The notes beneath the pieces were generated by a model. The model searched no databases. It was given only the letters and a program-made list of their open reading frames with translations, and had not been told where the DNA came from. From positions 1 to 53,257 of IMG/VR virus record IMGVR_UViG_3300019887_000002: DNA of 53,257 bases. One strand, given 5' to 3'. The translations under genes and the position numbers were made by a program. Positions within the stretch are counted from its first letter, which is position 1, and every line of letters starts with the position of its first letter. Source of the stretch: a virus. Taxonomy: Duplodnaviria > Caudoviricetes. Shown piece by piece: positions 8,307 to 16,263 of this stretch.

Positions 8307-8828
8307 ATGATCGTAACCCTTATGACGACGTGCGTGCTGCTGCCTACCGTACCCTTCTCGAAGCAGGCATCATCTCATGGACTGAGCTCGCAGCGTTCCA
8401 AGAACGTCAGGGAAACTGGACTCCTAACAGTACTGAACAACATACTAACTCAAGTCCTGCTGATACAATCCCCATCGATACCTACCCATCCGACGGTATC
8501 GTTGTCTCAGTCAAGCGTGCAGACGTCATCTCCGCTAGAGACACGACGTCAAACCATCTTGCTTTGTATTCGGGGACCGTGGAAGGGCCAACCTCAGGAG
8601 TCGAACGGGATATGGAACAACACGTTGAGGAAGGACACTAGAGGTGCCTATCAGTTCGAATGGCGAACCTGGGACGAGACGGCAAAGGAAACGGGTAGGA
8701 CTTGGCTTATCGGGGTCGACCCTGCTTTTGCATCGCCTCAGGATCAGAGTGATCAAGCATGGTCACTGTTCACGCTACATGGTATCGGCCGCTGGCCAAG
8801 GAGGGGACAATGTCGGAACGCAGCGTAG
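8307..8828 (+). CDS. resuscitation-promoting-factor (Rpf)-like lytic transglycosylase
   Basis: ESNG...GAYQF..RTW...PA.ASP..Q...A..L...G...WP signature; hydrophobic N-terminus; start uncertain (8289/8307). Confidence 0.75.
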   Translation: MIVTLMTTCVLLPTVPFSKQASSHGLSSQRSKNVRETGLLTVLNNILTQVLLIQSPSIPTHPTVSLSQSSVQTSSPLETRRQTILLCIRGPWKGQPQESNGIWNNTLRKDTRGAYQFEWRTWDETAKETGRTWLIGVDPAFASPQDQSDQAWSLFTLHGIGRWPRRGQCRNAA

Positions 8829-9043
8829 TCCTGACGATCAAGGTTGACACTTCAGGGTTTGTGAAAGCGATTGATGATGCATTGCCTGTTGCACGCGGAG
8901 GAATTCGGTACACGAAGCAGTCGTCGTGTTGGTATATCGAGTGTCAAGGTCAACCGATCTGTGACATGGAAGCTCACATAAATTGGCACGCACAACGTTC
9001 GGTCATCGAGCAGTACGAACGTGAAAGGTTGGGTAGGGAGTAA
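8810..9043 (+). CDS. hypothetical protein
   Basis: AGGAGGGG RBS before ATG 8810. Confidence 0.65.
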   Translation: MSERSVVLTIKVDTSGFVKAIDDALPVARGGIRYTKQSSCWYIECQGQPICDMEAHINWHAQRSVIEQYERERLGRE

Positions 9044-9261
9044 TGGACTTTGACCACGAGTACTATGTGACACCAGGCATCAACGAAGCTGCATGCATCC
9101 GAGAGGCTCAGATGTATGCTCTCCAAGGTGAGACGTCGAAGGTGCACTATCATGGCAAGTACACAGCAGACGGCCAGAGGTTGCAAGGATGTCAAGAGGG
9201 TGGACAGTTCGGTTGTCGTGTGTACAAGTCCAGTATCCAGGACCAGATCAATGTGGGATGA
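9043..9261 (+). CDS. hypothetical protein
   Basis: GGGAG RBS; TAATG coupling. Confidence 0.65.
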   Translation: MDFDHEYYVTPGINEAACIREAQMYALQGETSKVHYHGKYTADGQRLQGCQEGGQFGCRVYKSSIQDQINVG

Positions 9262-9376
9262 CCAGAGTTGGTTCTTCATCCCTCGAGACAGTGACCATCC
9301 GATCTTTTGGATCATCGCCAACCTCGTAGTTGGGTACGTCATCGTCTGTTTCCTACTTCTAGTGGTGGCCAAATGA
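9251..9376 (+). CDS. small membrane protein
   Basis: MWDDQSWFF...IIANLVVGYVIVCFLLLVVAK. Confidence 0.55.
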   Translation: MWDDQSWFFIPRDSDHPIFWIIANLVVGYVIVCFLLLVVAK

Positions 9377-9765
9377 AGACCAACGCTGAGTACGCTGCAT
9401 GGTTGATCGACAACCGCCTTCGACGGAGGGTACAAACACGTGACATCTGTAGATGTCCTAGTAAGAGAGGACATACGGAACCTTCATGGACGATGCTCTT
9501 AGCAGCTGCGGAACTCGCACCCGAGGCAATTGCGATACATGTTCACGACAAGTGTCTGAAGCCGAACACGATCAACTGGCTCCACTCCGTCAAAGAATGC
9601 TCCCACTGTGGTGATTTGTTTGCGAGCCCGTGGGAGATGTGGTGCGAGACGTGTACGATCATTGCAGGCGAAGAGTGGCTTGGGTGGAAACAGGCACGTG
9701 AGAAGGAACTCGAGTTCCGAGCCAATCTTTTGGGTTACAAAAATCCCCCGTTGCTTGGGGCCTAA
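9373..9765 (+). CDS. zinc-finger hypothetical protein
   Basis: ATGA overlap; CSHC...CETC. Confidence 0.65.
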   Translation: MKTNAEYAAWLIDNRLRRRVQTRDICRCPSKRGHTEPSWTMLLAAAELAPEAIAIHVHDKCLKPNTINWLHSVKECSHCGDLFASPWEMWCETCTIIAGEEWLGWKQAREKELEFRANLLGYKNPPLLGA

Positions 9766-9780
9766 GTTCAAGCGTATAAT
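9751..9780 (+). promoter_or_regulatory. promoter TTGCTT-N18-TATAAT
   Basis: Promoter family. Confidence 0.7.
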
Positions 9781-9790
9781 AAGGGTAATC

Positions 9791-10171
9791 ATGACAGACA
9801 GTGTAGCTCCGACGAGTGCGTTACTGGGACACTGCATCAGTGTCTATCAAGCAATGTACGATAACTCCGTCCCGTACCTGGACACTCCTTATAGGATATG
9901 GGACGGATTCAGTACTCACCTCGTGAAGCGGCTCAACCTGTCAGTACCTTACTACACCAAGTGCTTCACGGCCCTCAAGGTCATGGACTGCGTGCGACAG
10001 ATCAGGAGGGGCGGATCCACCACTACCTCTCAGTGGCTGCTCCTCCGCCCTCCTGATGTGTCGTTGTTTGAAGCTCACGTACCAGCAACAAAGCAAGACA
10101 TGCAGGGACAGCAACTCAGGGACCTGCGTAAGCGTGTGCAGGAACTTGAAGACTTCATCAAGGGAGCTTGA
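9791..10171 (+). CDS. putative winged-helix protein with C-terminal coiled coil
   Basis: ATG 10 nt after TATAAT; helix-helix-wing pattern (LSVPYYTKCFTALKVMDCVRQIRRGG). Confidence 0.6.
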   Translation: MTDSVAPTSALLGHCISVYQAMYDNSVPYLDTPYRIWDGFSTHLVKRLNLSVPYYTKCFTALKVMDCVRQIRRGGSTTTSQWLLLRPPDVSLFEAHVPATKQDMQGQQLRDLRKRVQELEDFIKGA

Positions 10172-10172
10172 T

Positions 10173-10484
10173 ATGCCAACGATGGAAAAGGCGAAGCTCT
10201 GTCCGAGATGCGGACACCCTGGTACTCCTACTGGTATCCAACCAGGAGAGGACCGATCGAAGGTACACACGTTTCGGTGTGACAACGAGCGTTGTCAATG
10301 GAACGGTACAGGCTTCATCGTACAGGTGTTGTCTGATGGAACGATTCCAGAGCGCCAACCAGGACCCAAGCAGTTCGATCTGATGCAGGTGCCTGGAGTG
10401 GCTCAGATGGGTCGTGACATCCTTCGTCGCACAGTAGCTGAGGACCCTGAGCTCGCAGCGTTCCTAGAGGACAAGGGGCTATGA
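10173..10484 (+). CDS. zinc-ribbon protein
   Basis: GGGAG RBS; CPRC...CDNERC. Confidence 0.7.
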   Translation: MPTMEKAKLCPRCGHPGTPTGIQPGEDRSKVHTFRCDNERCQWNGTGFIVQVLSDGTIPERQPGPKQFDLMQVPGVAQMGRDILRRTVAEDPELAAFLEDKGL

Positions 10485-10765
10485 AACCTATCCCATTGCC
10501 ATCTGACGTCGAGCTCTCTATAGATCAAGTACGAAGGGTCATTGCAGCGCCAAACGGCTCTCTCATCGATGACAACATTCGTCCTGTGGAAGCTGTAGTG
10601 GAACCAGTGAACTTGGGTACGGAAGAGCAACAGGTGCTTGCTATCCAGCTGACAGTGTGTATCGGTCTGGAGGACGATGACATTTTCAAGCTGTTAGAAG
10701 CAGGCCACTTCTACCTCAGTTTCATTGGCCACGTCGTGCCCTTCAACCTTCGAATGGTGCTCTAA
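10481..10765 (+). CDS. hypothetical protein
   Basis: ATGA overlap. Confidence 0.7.
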   Translation: MKPIPLPSDVELSIDQVRRVIAAPNGSLIDDNIRPVEAVVEPVNLGTEEQQVLAIQLTVCIGLEDDDIFKLLEAGHFYLSFIGHVVPFNLRMVL

Positions 10766-10774
10766 AGTCCCCTC

Positions 10775-10804
10775 TTGATTTGGGACTTGAGACCGATATA
10801 TAAT
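10775..10804 (+). promoter_or_regulatory. promoter TTGATT-N18-TATAAT, probably leaderless
   Basis: ATG 10811 lies 6 nt after TATAAT with no RBS; -35 inside an AAGTCCC/GGGACTT dyad. Confidence 0.8.
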
Positions 10805-10810
10805 TAAGAC

Positions 10811-11035
10811 ATGAGAGAGCGACTGAAAGTCAATCTTCGGGTCATTCCTGAACTTGAAGGACCTGTCATGAAGTTCCGTGCTCCAAGCCGGACTCGTGTC
10901 GGCAAGCAATTCGATCACATCACACTCTTACATCCTGATGGTCACGTAGAGTGTTGTTGTGAAGCAGGAAAGATGGGTAACGAATGTTGGGCTATGACGG
11001 ACGTCAGGGAGGGAAGGTACGTTGGAGAGCTCTGA
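10811..11035 (+). CDS. SWIM-like zinc-finger protein
   Basis: CxC...CW pattern (ECCCEAGKMGNECWAM). Confidence 0.6.
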   Translation: MRERLKVNLRVIPELEGPVMKFRAPSRTRVGKQFDHITLLHPDGHVECCCEAGKMGNECWAMTDVREGRYVGEL

Positions 11036-11261
11036 GTGGCGTCCTGACCACCTAGTCTTGAAAGCGAACGAGATTGATGAGGAGCACATCGCTGAGTACA
11101 TACGGCACATTCGTCAATGCTTGTACGCCTTGGAGATGAGTCACACTCTCCAGGAGTTTGCCGTCGAGTTCGAGTGTATTGCTACCAACACAATTGGCTA
11201 CCGAAACGGGTTACAAGTAGAGATGCAAAACCGTGTTGCAGGCGTAGCTATGAACAACTGA
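11022..11261 (+). CDS. hypothetical protein
   Basis: ORF track, TTG start. Confidence 0.6.
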   Translation: MESSEWRPDHLVLKANEIDEEHIAEYIRHIRQCLYALEMSHTLQEFAVEFECIATNTIGYRNGLQVEMQNRVAGVAMNN

Positions 11262-11276
11262 GTGGAGGTGAAAAGT

Positions 11277-11411
11277 GTGTACGGTGATGCTATAGCTGAA
11301 GGCGACGTACCTGAAGAGGACCTTGCTTCTGACGATGATAAGGTTGTCACAGGTGTCAGCCCGCCCGAGGGACGTGAGGAGGAAGATTGGGAACCAAAGC
11401 CGACCTCATAG
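11277..11411 (+). CDS. small highly acidic protein overlapping the endolysin start (44 aa)
   Basis: GGAGGTG RBS, GTG start; MYGDAIAEGDVPEEDLASDDD...WEPKPTS*. Confidence 0.6.
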   Translation: MYGDAIAEGDVPEEDLASDDDKVVTGVSPPEGREEEDWEPKPTS

Positions 11412-12166
11412 GGGTCCTACAGAGTTTCGTCGGTATCAAAGAGGCTCCTGACGGATCGAACATGACACCAATTGGTGCTGAGTTCGGTTGGAACGGAGTC
11501 GCTTGGTGTTGCGAAACTGTCTCGGTTGCTCTGAAGCGTGCAGGCGTTCCAGGGTTTTGGACTGCGGGAGTACTGGACGCTCGTGAACGTGCCAAGCGAG
11601 GAGAAAATGGAATGCAGTTTGTTCCATTCGCAGGAGCACCTCAGCCTGGAGATGCAATCCTCTTCGACTGGACTGGGGGCAGAGGCACAGGGTCTCCTGA
11701 CAGCTTCCACATCGGTACGATCATCGAGGTTGTAGGCGACACGTTCCATACCATCGAAGGCAACACGTCGAGTGGATGTGCTTGGGTTTGGAGAGATCGT
11801 GCCTTCGTGCAAGGCTTCATCCGCTTCCCATTCGACGCTCCCGTTCCAACACCTACACCACAGGAGGGTGATTTGGGCTGGCCAAGCTTTACTGACCCCA
11901 AGAACGGTAACAAAGTCATCGCGTCTCCAAAGGGTGACTTCTACAACTACAACTCGAAGGGTGCTCCTGGAGGCAACCAGTGGCTTGGTAACCTAAGTCA
12001 GTTCAACGCTGGTGAAGGAACTCCAAATGGACCACTCGTCGCAATCGAGCCGTGGGATGATGGTGGTTCGTTCTCGGGTATCATCGCGTTCTGTGTCGAC
12101 GCGGTCGGCAAGGTACATCCGTACGCTCTTCCGAGCAACGGTGTCTACGGGTACGGGAAGAAGTAA
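11387..12166 (+). CDS. endolysin, CHAP-domain amidase/peptidase
   Basis: AWCC...PGDAILFDW...HIG...TIEGNT CHAP motifs; PT linker; C-terminal putative cell-wall-binding domain. Confidence 0.8.
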   Translation: MGTKADLIGVLQSFVGIKEAPDGSNMTPIGAEFGWNGVAWCCETVSVALKRAGVPGFWTAGVLDARERAKRGENGMQFVPFAGAPQPGDAILFDWTGGRGTGSPDSFHIGTIIEVVGDTFHTIEGNTSSGCAWVWRDRAFVQGFIRFPFDAPVPTPTPQEGDLGWPSFTDPKNGNKVIASPKGDFYNYNSKGAPGGNQWLGNLSQFNAGEGTPNGPLVAIEPWDDGGSFSGIIAFCVDAVGKVHPYALPSNGVYGYGKK

Positions 12167-12351
12167 TGGACTGTCAATGTGGTCAGCCTGACGCTGATCA
12201 AGGTGGCAAACTTCACCAGTGCGATGCGCCGGGCTATTACGCCGATCATCTCTGTGTGTGGTGTCGATTATTCCACCGTATAGGTCCTTGGAGAGCTCCG
12301 TATCTGAGGTACCCTTCGTGTAGAGACAACCCAGTACCTGCTAGGCAGTAG
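12166..12351 (+). CDS. Cys-rich hypothetical protein
   Basis: TAATG coupling; CxC, CxxC. Confidence 0.55.
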   Translation: MDCQCGQPDADQGGKLHQCDAPGYYADHLCVWCRLFHRIGPWRAPYLRYPSCRDNPVPARQ

Positions 12352-12359
12352 GTCAGCAA

Positions 12360-12435
12360 AGTCAACGCGCTGAGTCGAATCGAGGGTAGATATCTACGTA
12401 GCTAGTGGATAACTCTCGATCGACTCGCGTTGACT
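12360..12435. repeat. 76-bp imperfect inverted repeat
   Basis: AGTCAACGCG/CGCGTTGACT, GAGTCG/CGACTC, ATCGAGGGT/ACTCTCGAT, TATCTAC/GTGGATA. Confidence 0.8.
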
Positions 12436-12483
12436 ATAGTCAAAATTGAATTCAACGTATCGATGACGAAAGGAAAAAGCTCA

Positions 12484-12666
12484 ATGACGATGACCGTAGG
12501 GCAGTTGATTGAGAAGCTCACGAAGAAGGACCCAAACGCTCAGGTGATGCTGAACATCTATGAGCCTGGAGAAGAAGGGTTTGATTACGTACCTGATGCA
12601 GTGGGGAATTCACCAGAAGGTGTTGTTCAGATCACCGCACTGTTGAACCCTATTGAGGAGGACTAA
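12484..12666 (+). CDS. hypothetical protein (MTVxxLIxxL family-like)
   Basis: AAGGA RBS; MTVGQLIEKLTKKDPNAQV. Confidence 0.7.
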   Translation: MTMTVGQLIEKLTKKDPNAQVMLNIYEPGEEGFDYVPDAVGNSPEGVVQITALLNPIEED

Positions 12667-12864
12667 ATGTACACAGTGGAAGAAGTTGTCAAGATGCTCC
12701 GTGAGGGTAACCTGTCACGGATCGAAGGTGAAATGGCTATTGACGGTTACATGTTTAAGTGTACAGCTTACAACGTTGGTGACCAGATGATCAGGATTGA
12801 TCTGAAGGCTTCTCGTTCCCAAAGGTTGATGGATGAAGTTGAAGGAGGTAAGCTCGTTCCATGA
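12667..12864 (+). CDS. hypothetical protein
   Basis: GAGGAGG RBS. Confidence 0.7.
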   Translation: MYTVEEVVKMLREGNLSRIEGEMAIDGYMFKCTAYNVGDQMIRIDLKASRSQRLMDEVEGGKLVP

Positions 12865-13067
12865 CTACCAAACGACAGTACCAAGGATCGTTGATATTCG
12901 ATGCGAACGTTCTACGGTCAGCAGTAGTAATCCTCCAGAAGAGGTCCTCCAAGCCTGATGGCTTCTGGATGAAAACACTCTGTCGCGTCATACTTAACTG
13001 TGCCGACAAGATGACTGACGAAGCTGCGGTACTCATAGCAGATGCATTTGGGACTGAAGATGATTGA
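12861..13067 (+). CDS. hypothetical protein
   Basis: ATGA overlap; GGAGG RBS. Confidence 0.65.
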   Translation: MTTKRQYQGSLIFDANVLRSAVVILQKRSSKPDGFWMKTLCRVILNCADKMTDEAAVLIADAFGTEDD

Positions 13068-14514
13068 CGAACGTCAGTTGACGGTTGTAGACAAACTCTA
13101 CCCATTTCAGTTAGAGGATGTTAGGAAGCTCGAAGATCAGACTGGTGTCCTCATTGCCAACGATATGGGGACAGGTAAGACGCCAGAAGCACTAGCTCGT
13201 GACTTCCTTCTTCGACAGAGACACCCAGGAGCGTTCAAGACTCTGATCGTCGCACCAATGACAGTGCTCCCTGCATGGGAGTTGCACCTCGACCAGTTCT
13301 GTCCAAGTTTGTACTACGTGACAGTCAACCCAAAAGACCGGGAAGGTTCGTGGCGACTCTTTCGAAGGACAGGGTCGGATGTACTCCTAACACACTGGGA
13401 TGCCCTTCGACTCATGCCGTGGCTACAGAGTATCATTTGGGACCATGTAATCGGTGACGAAATTCACCGAGCGAAGAACCGGAAGGCTCAACAGACAAGG
13501 TACTTCAAAGCCATCAAGGCAAAGTACAAGACAGGCCTCTCAGGTACGCCAGCTACGAATCAACCTCAAGATCTGTGGTCGATCCTTAACTGGCTTTACC
13601 CTCAGGATAAGTACTTCAAGAGTTACTGGAGGTTCTACAACACTCACGTCGACTTCAAGATCAAGTACCCGGAGGGCTACCACCAGATCGTAGGACCGAA
13701 GGACGAAGACATACTCCTGAATAAGATCCGGCCTTTCTACGCACGACGGAGGAAAAAGGACGTGCTGCCTGACCTACCTGACAAGTACTACACGCAGATC
13801 CCAGTGATCCTCGGACAACAGCAGCGCAAGCCTTATGATGACATGCGTCGAGAAATGCTTGCGTGGGTTGGAGAACATCAGGATCAACCACTCGAAGCCC
13901 CTGTGGTCATTGCAAGGATGATCCGGTTGCAGCAGCTTGCTGATGCGTACGCTTCACTCAGTGAGAAGCTGGTCAACAAGAAGGACAAGGAGACTGGAGA
14001 GGTAACCCAGGTGATGAAGACGATCGTCACCTTAACAGAGCCGTCAGCTAAGTTGGATGCCTGGCAGGAGAAGGTAGAAGAGGCACCGGACAAGTCGTTG
14101 GTCGTCTTCACTACTTTCAAAGGTATGGTTCACTTGGTATGTCAGCGACTAGACAAGATGGGTATCTCGTACGTGACACTGACAGGAGACACGCCGAATG
14201 ACGAGCGCGGTCAAGCAGTTGCAAGCTTTCAGGATGGGACCGCGCGAGTATTCGTTGGGACCATTCAAGCTGGAGGTATCGGCATCACACTTACCCGAGC
14301 TGATACGGCAGACTTCCTTGACCGTACATGGAGTCCAGCTCTCAATCAACAGGCTGAGGATCGGCTGCATCGTATTGGTCAAAAGAACGCGGTTGAGATC
14401 AGAGACTATGTGGCGCGTGATACGGTGGATCTCGGTAGACTCCAGCGTCTAGAGATGAAGTGGGATTGGATCAAACGTCTTCTCGGGGGATCCTTCTTAG
14501 TTGGAAACAAATAA
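13060..14514 (+). CDS. SNF2-family (SF2) DNA helicase
   Basis: DMGTGKT, DEIH, SGTP, QAEDRLHRIGQ motifs. Confidence 0.92.
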   Translation: MIDERQLTVVDKLYPFQLEDVRKLEDQTGVLIANDMGTGKTPEALARDFLLRQRHPGAFKTLIVAPMTVLPAWELHLDQFCPSLYYVTVNPKDREGSWRLFRRTGSDVLLTHWDALRLMPWLQSIIWDHVIGDEIHRAKNRKAQQTRYFKAIKAKYKTGLSGTPATNQPQDLWSILNWLYPQDKYFKSYWRFYNTHVDFKIKYPEGYHQIVGPKDEDILLNKIRPFYARRRKKDVLPDLPDKYYTQIPVILGQQQRKPYDDMRREMLAWVGEHQDQPLEAPVVIARMIRLQQLADAYASLSEKLVNKKDKETGEVTQVMKTIVTLTEPSAKLDAWQEKVEEAPDKSLVVFTTFKGMVHLVCQRLDKMGISYVTLTGDTPNDERGQAVASFQDGTARVFVGTIQAGGIGITLTRADTADFLDRTWSPALNQQAEDRLHRIGQKNAVEIRDYVARDTVDLGRLQRLEMKWDWIKRLLGGSFLVGNK

Positions 14515-14530
14515 TTCATCGTTTTCCCTC

Positions 14531-14560
14531 TAGATTGGGGACAATTAATTCATATATAAT
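14531..14560 (+). promoter_or_regulatory. promoter TAGATT-N18-TATAAT
   Basis: Promoter family. Confidence 0.7.
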
Positions 14561-14602
14561 ATGATTATTAGGAAAACCAACTAGAGGAAAGGTGGAAAGC
14601 AA

Positions 14603-14998
14603 ATGGTTCAGTTTGTAGAAGTTGCTCCTGAGGACATTCCTAACTTACGGGAGACGCACCGGGGACGCGTGAGCTACCCAATCATCAAGGGCTTCATGGA
14701 GACGGGTCTAGCTTGTGTCAAGCTTGACAGGACGGGCATGCAGCAGAACATCCAGTACCTCACGTCGGTGCTCGGTGCCTACATCAGGAATCACAACCTG
14801 CCGATCAAGACGTTCGTTCGACAAGGTGAGATGTACCTGCTCCGGAAAGACCTCAACGCTGATGGTTCGGAGAACCCGAATTGGAAGGAAGAGGAGCAGA
14901 GCAAGAGTGGTGAGATACCTGTTGGAGTAGCTACTCCGATCAACGCTGAGACGGTAACCGAACGGTTCGAAGCTGAGCAGAACCTCACCACGAAGTGA
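14603..14998 (+). CDS. hypothetical protein (possible DNA-binding)
   Basis: AAGGTGG RBS; ORF track. Confidence 0.75.
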   Translation: MVQFVEVAPEDIPNLRETHRGRVSYPIIKGFMETGLACVKLDRTGMQQNIQYLTSVLGAYIRNHNLPIKTFVRQGEMYLLRKDLNADGSENPNWKEEEQSKSGEIPVGVATPINAETVTERFEAEQNLTTK

Positions 14999-15645
14999 AG
15001 AAGGTACTCATTGTTGTAGCCCGACGTTACAATGGCCATGAACTCTGGACCAGTTTAGGAGTCCTCCAGAAGTCAGGTGTCGGGTTCGAAGTGATCTCAT
15101 CAGACAAGTTGATCTGGGATGAGGTGACTGGACAAGCAAACACGATCGAACGGACCATTGATGATGTTGACAACCTCCCTGATGATGTTGACGGGTTGAT
15201 GGTCGTCTCAGGTAACATGAAGGACACGGAAGCGTACTGGACTAACGAACGGGTGCTTCGGTACGTGAGCGAAGCTTACGCAGCTGACCTGCCTATCGCG
15301 GCAATCTGTTGTTCGGTACCGACGATCAGGTCAGCTGCGTACAAGCGTCGAGTGTCCTTCTTCCCTCTGGTCCGCTCACGGATGCTACTAGGTGACGCAG
15401 GAGCGATCCTATCGAACCTGTCGATGGAAGTAGACGGAAGGTTGGTCACAGCTGAGAACCAGATGATGAGCCAGATGTGGGCAACCAACTACGTCGCAGT
15501 CCTTCGTGGTGAGGAGCCAGCACTCACATTGAGAGAGTCAGGGTTCGTTGCAGGACGTGGACGAGAACGCAAGCCCATTCCAGAGGTCGAACGTCTGAAG
15601 GCGTCAAGAAAAACCATCGTTGTCCCACTTGATGAGGGCCTCTAG
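14995..15645 (+). CDS. DJ-1/PfpI (ThiJ) family protein
   Basis: MKKVLIVV...GHE, DGLMVVSG, PIAAICC nucleophile elbow, VDGRLVTA. Confidence 0.85.
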   Translation: MKKVLIVVARRYNGHELWTSLGVLQKSGVGFEVISSDKLIWDEVTGQANTIERTIDDVDNLPDDVDGLMVVSGNMKDTEAYWTNERVLRYVSEAYAADLPIAAICCSVPTIRSAAYKRRVSFFPLVRSRMLLGDAGAILSNLSMEVDGRLVTAENQMMSQMWATNYVAVLRGEEPALTLRESGFVAGRGRERKPIPEVERLKASRKTIVVPLDEGL

Positions 15646-15658
15646 ACCGATATATAAT
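15629..15658 (+). promoter_or_regulatory. promoter TTGATG-N18-TATAAT
   Basis: Promoter family. Confidence 0.75.
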
Positions 15659-15669
15659 AAAGGAAGACA

Positions 15670-15861
15670 ATGAATGAGCGACTAGTAGTTGACCTATCAT
15701 CAGTTCGGATCGTAGTAGACCTGTCTGACAGTCCACCTAGAACTTGGGAGGACAAGTTACTTGAAGGTAGCAAGTACCTGAAGTCAAGGTCGCTTCCTAT
15801 GAGCGACATCAGGGACATGACACCAGAAGAGCTTAGGGAGCACCTGTACCTTGACTACTAA
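15670..15861 (+). CDS. hypothetical protein with tandem RLVVDLS motif
   Basis: AAGGA RBS. Confidence 0.65.
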   Translation: MNERLVVDLSSVRIVVDLSDSPPRTWEDKLLEGSKYLKSRSLPMSDIRDMTPEELREHLYLDY

Positions 15862-16099
15862 CCGATTGGTAGTTGACCTCAGTGACTGTCGAGTTGCTGA
15901 CGAAGCGTACCGTTTAGCTCTTGAACTAATAAACGGTATCGGTGGCATCTTCAGTCCTCTCTGTCCTGACGATATTGCGGATGAACTACTTGATGAGTGG
16001 GAGGAAGACCTAGATCGGGATCCATTTTGGACAGGCGATCTAGCTGCACTAGTTACTGTCAACTCAATCTCATTCGTACATGACCGAGTTGTGTTGTGA
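15851..16099 (+). CDS. acidic hypothetical protein with RLVVDLS motif
   Basis: GGGAG RBS, TTG start. Confidence 0.65.
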   Translation: MTTNRLVVDLSDCRVADEAYRLALELINGIGGIFSPLCPDDIADELLDEWEEDLDRDPFWTGDLAALVTVNSISFVHDRVVL

Positions 16100-16263
16100 C
16101 TGACGACCGACCGTGTCCGTACTGTTGGCACCCAACGTCAGATGAGAAGCGTTTGCTCGAGGAAGAGGGTGTTCTAGTTGAACCAGAAGGAGGGTTTGCA
16201 CCGATACATCCACTATGCCAAGAGGCCTTAGACAGTTACCTCGAGGAGCACACAGGTGACTGA
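16096..16263 (+). CDS. small zinc-binding protein (55 aa)
   Basis: GTGA overlap; CPYC...HPLC. Confidence 0.55.
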   Translation: MTDDRPCPYCWHPTSDEKRLLEEEGVLVEPEGGFAPIHPLCQEALDSYLEEHTGD

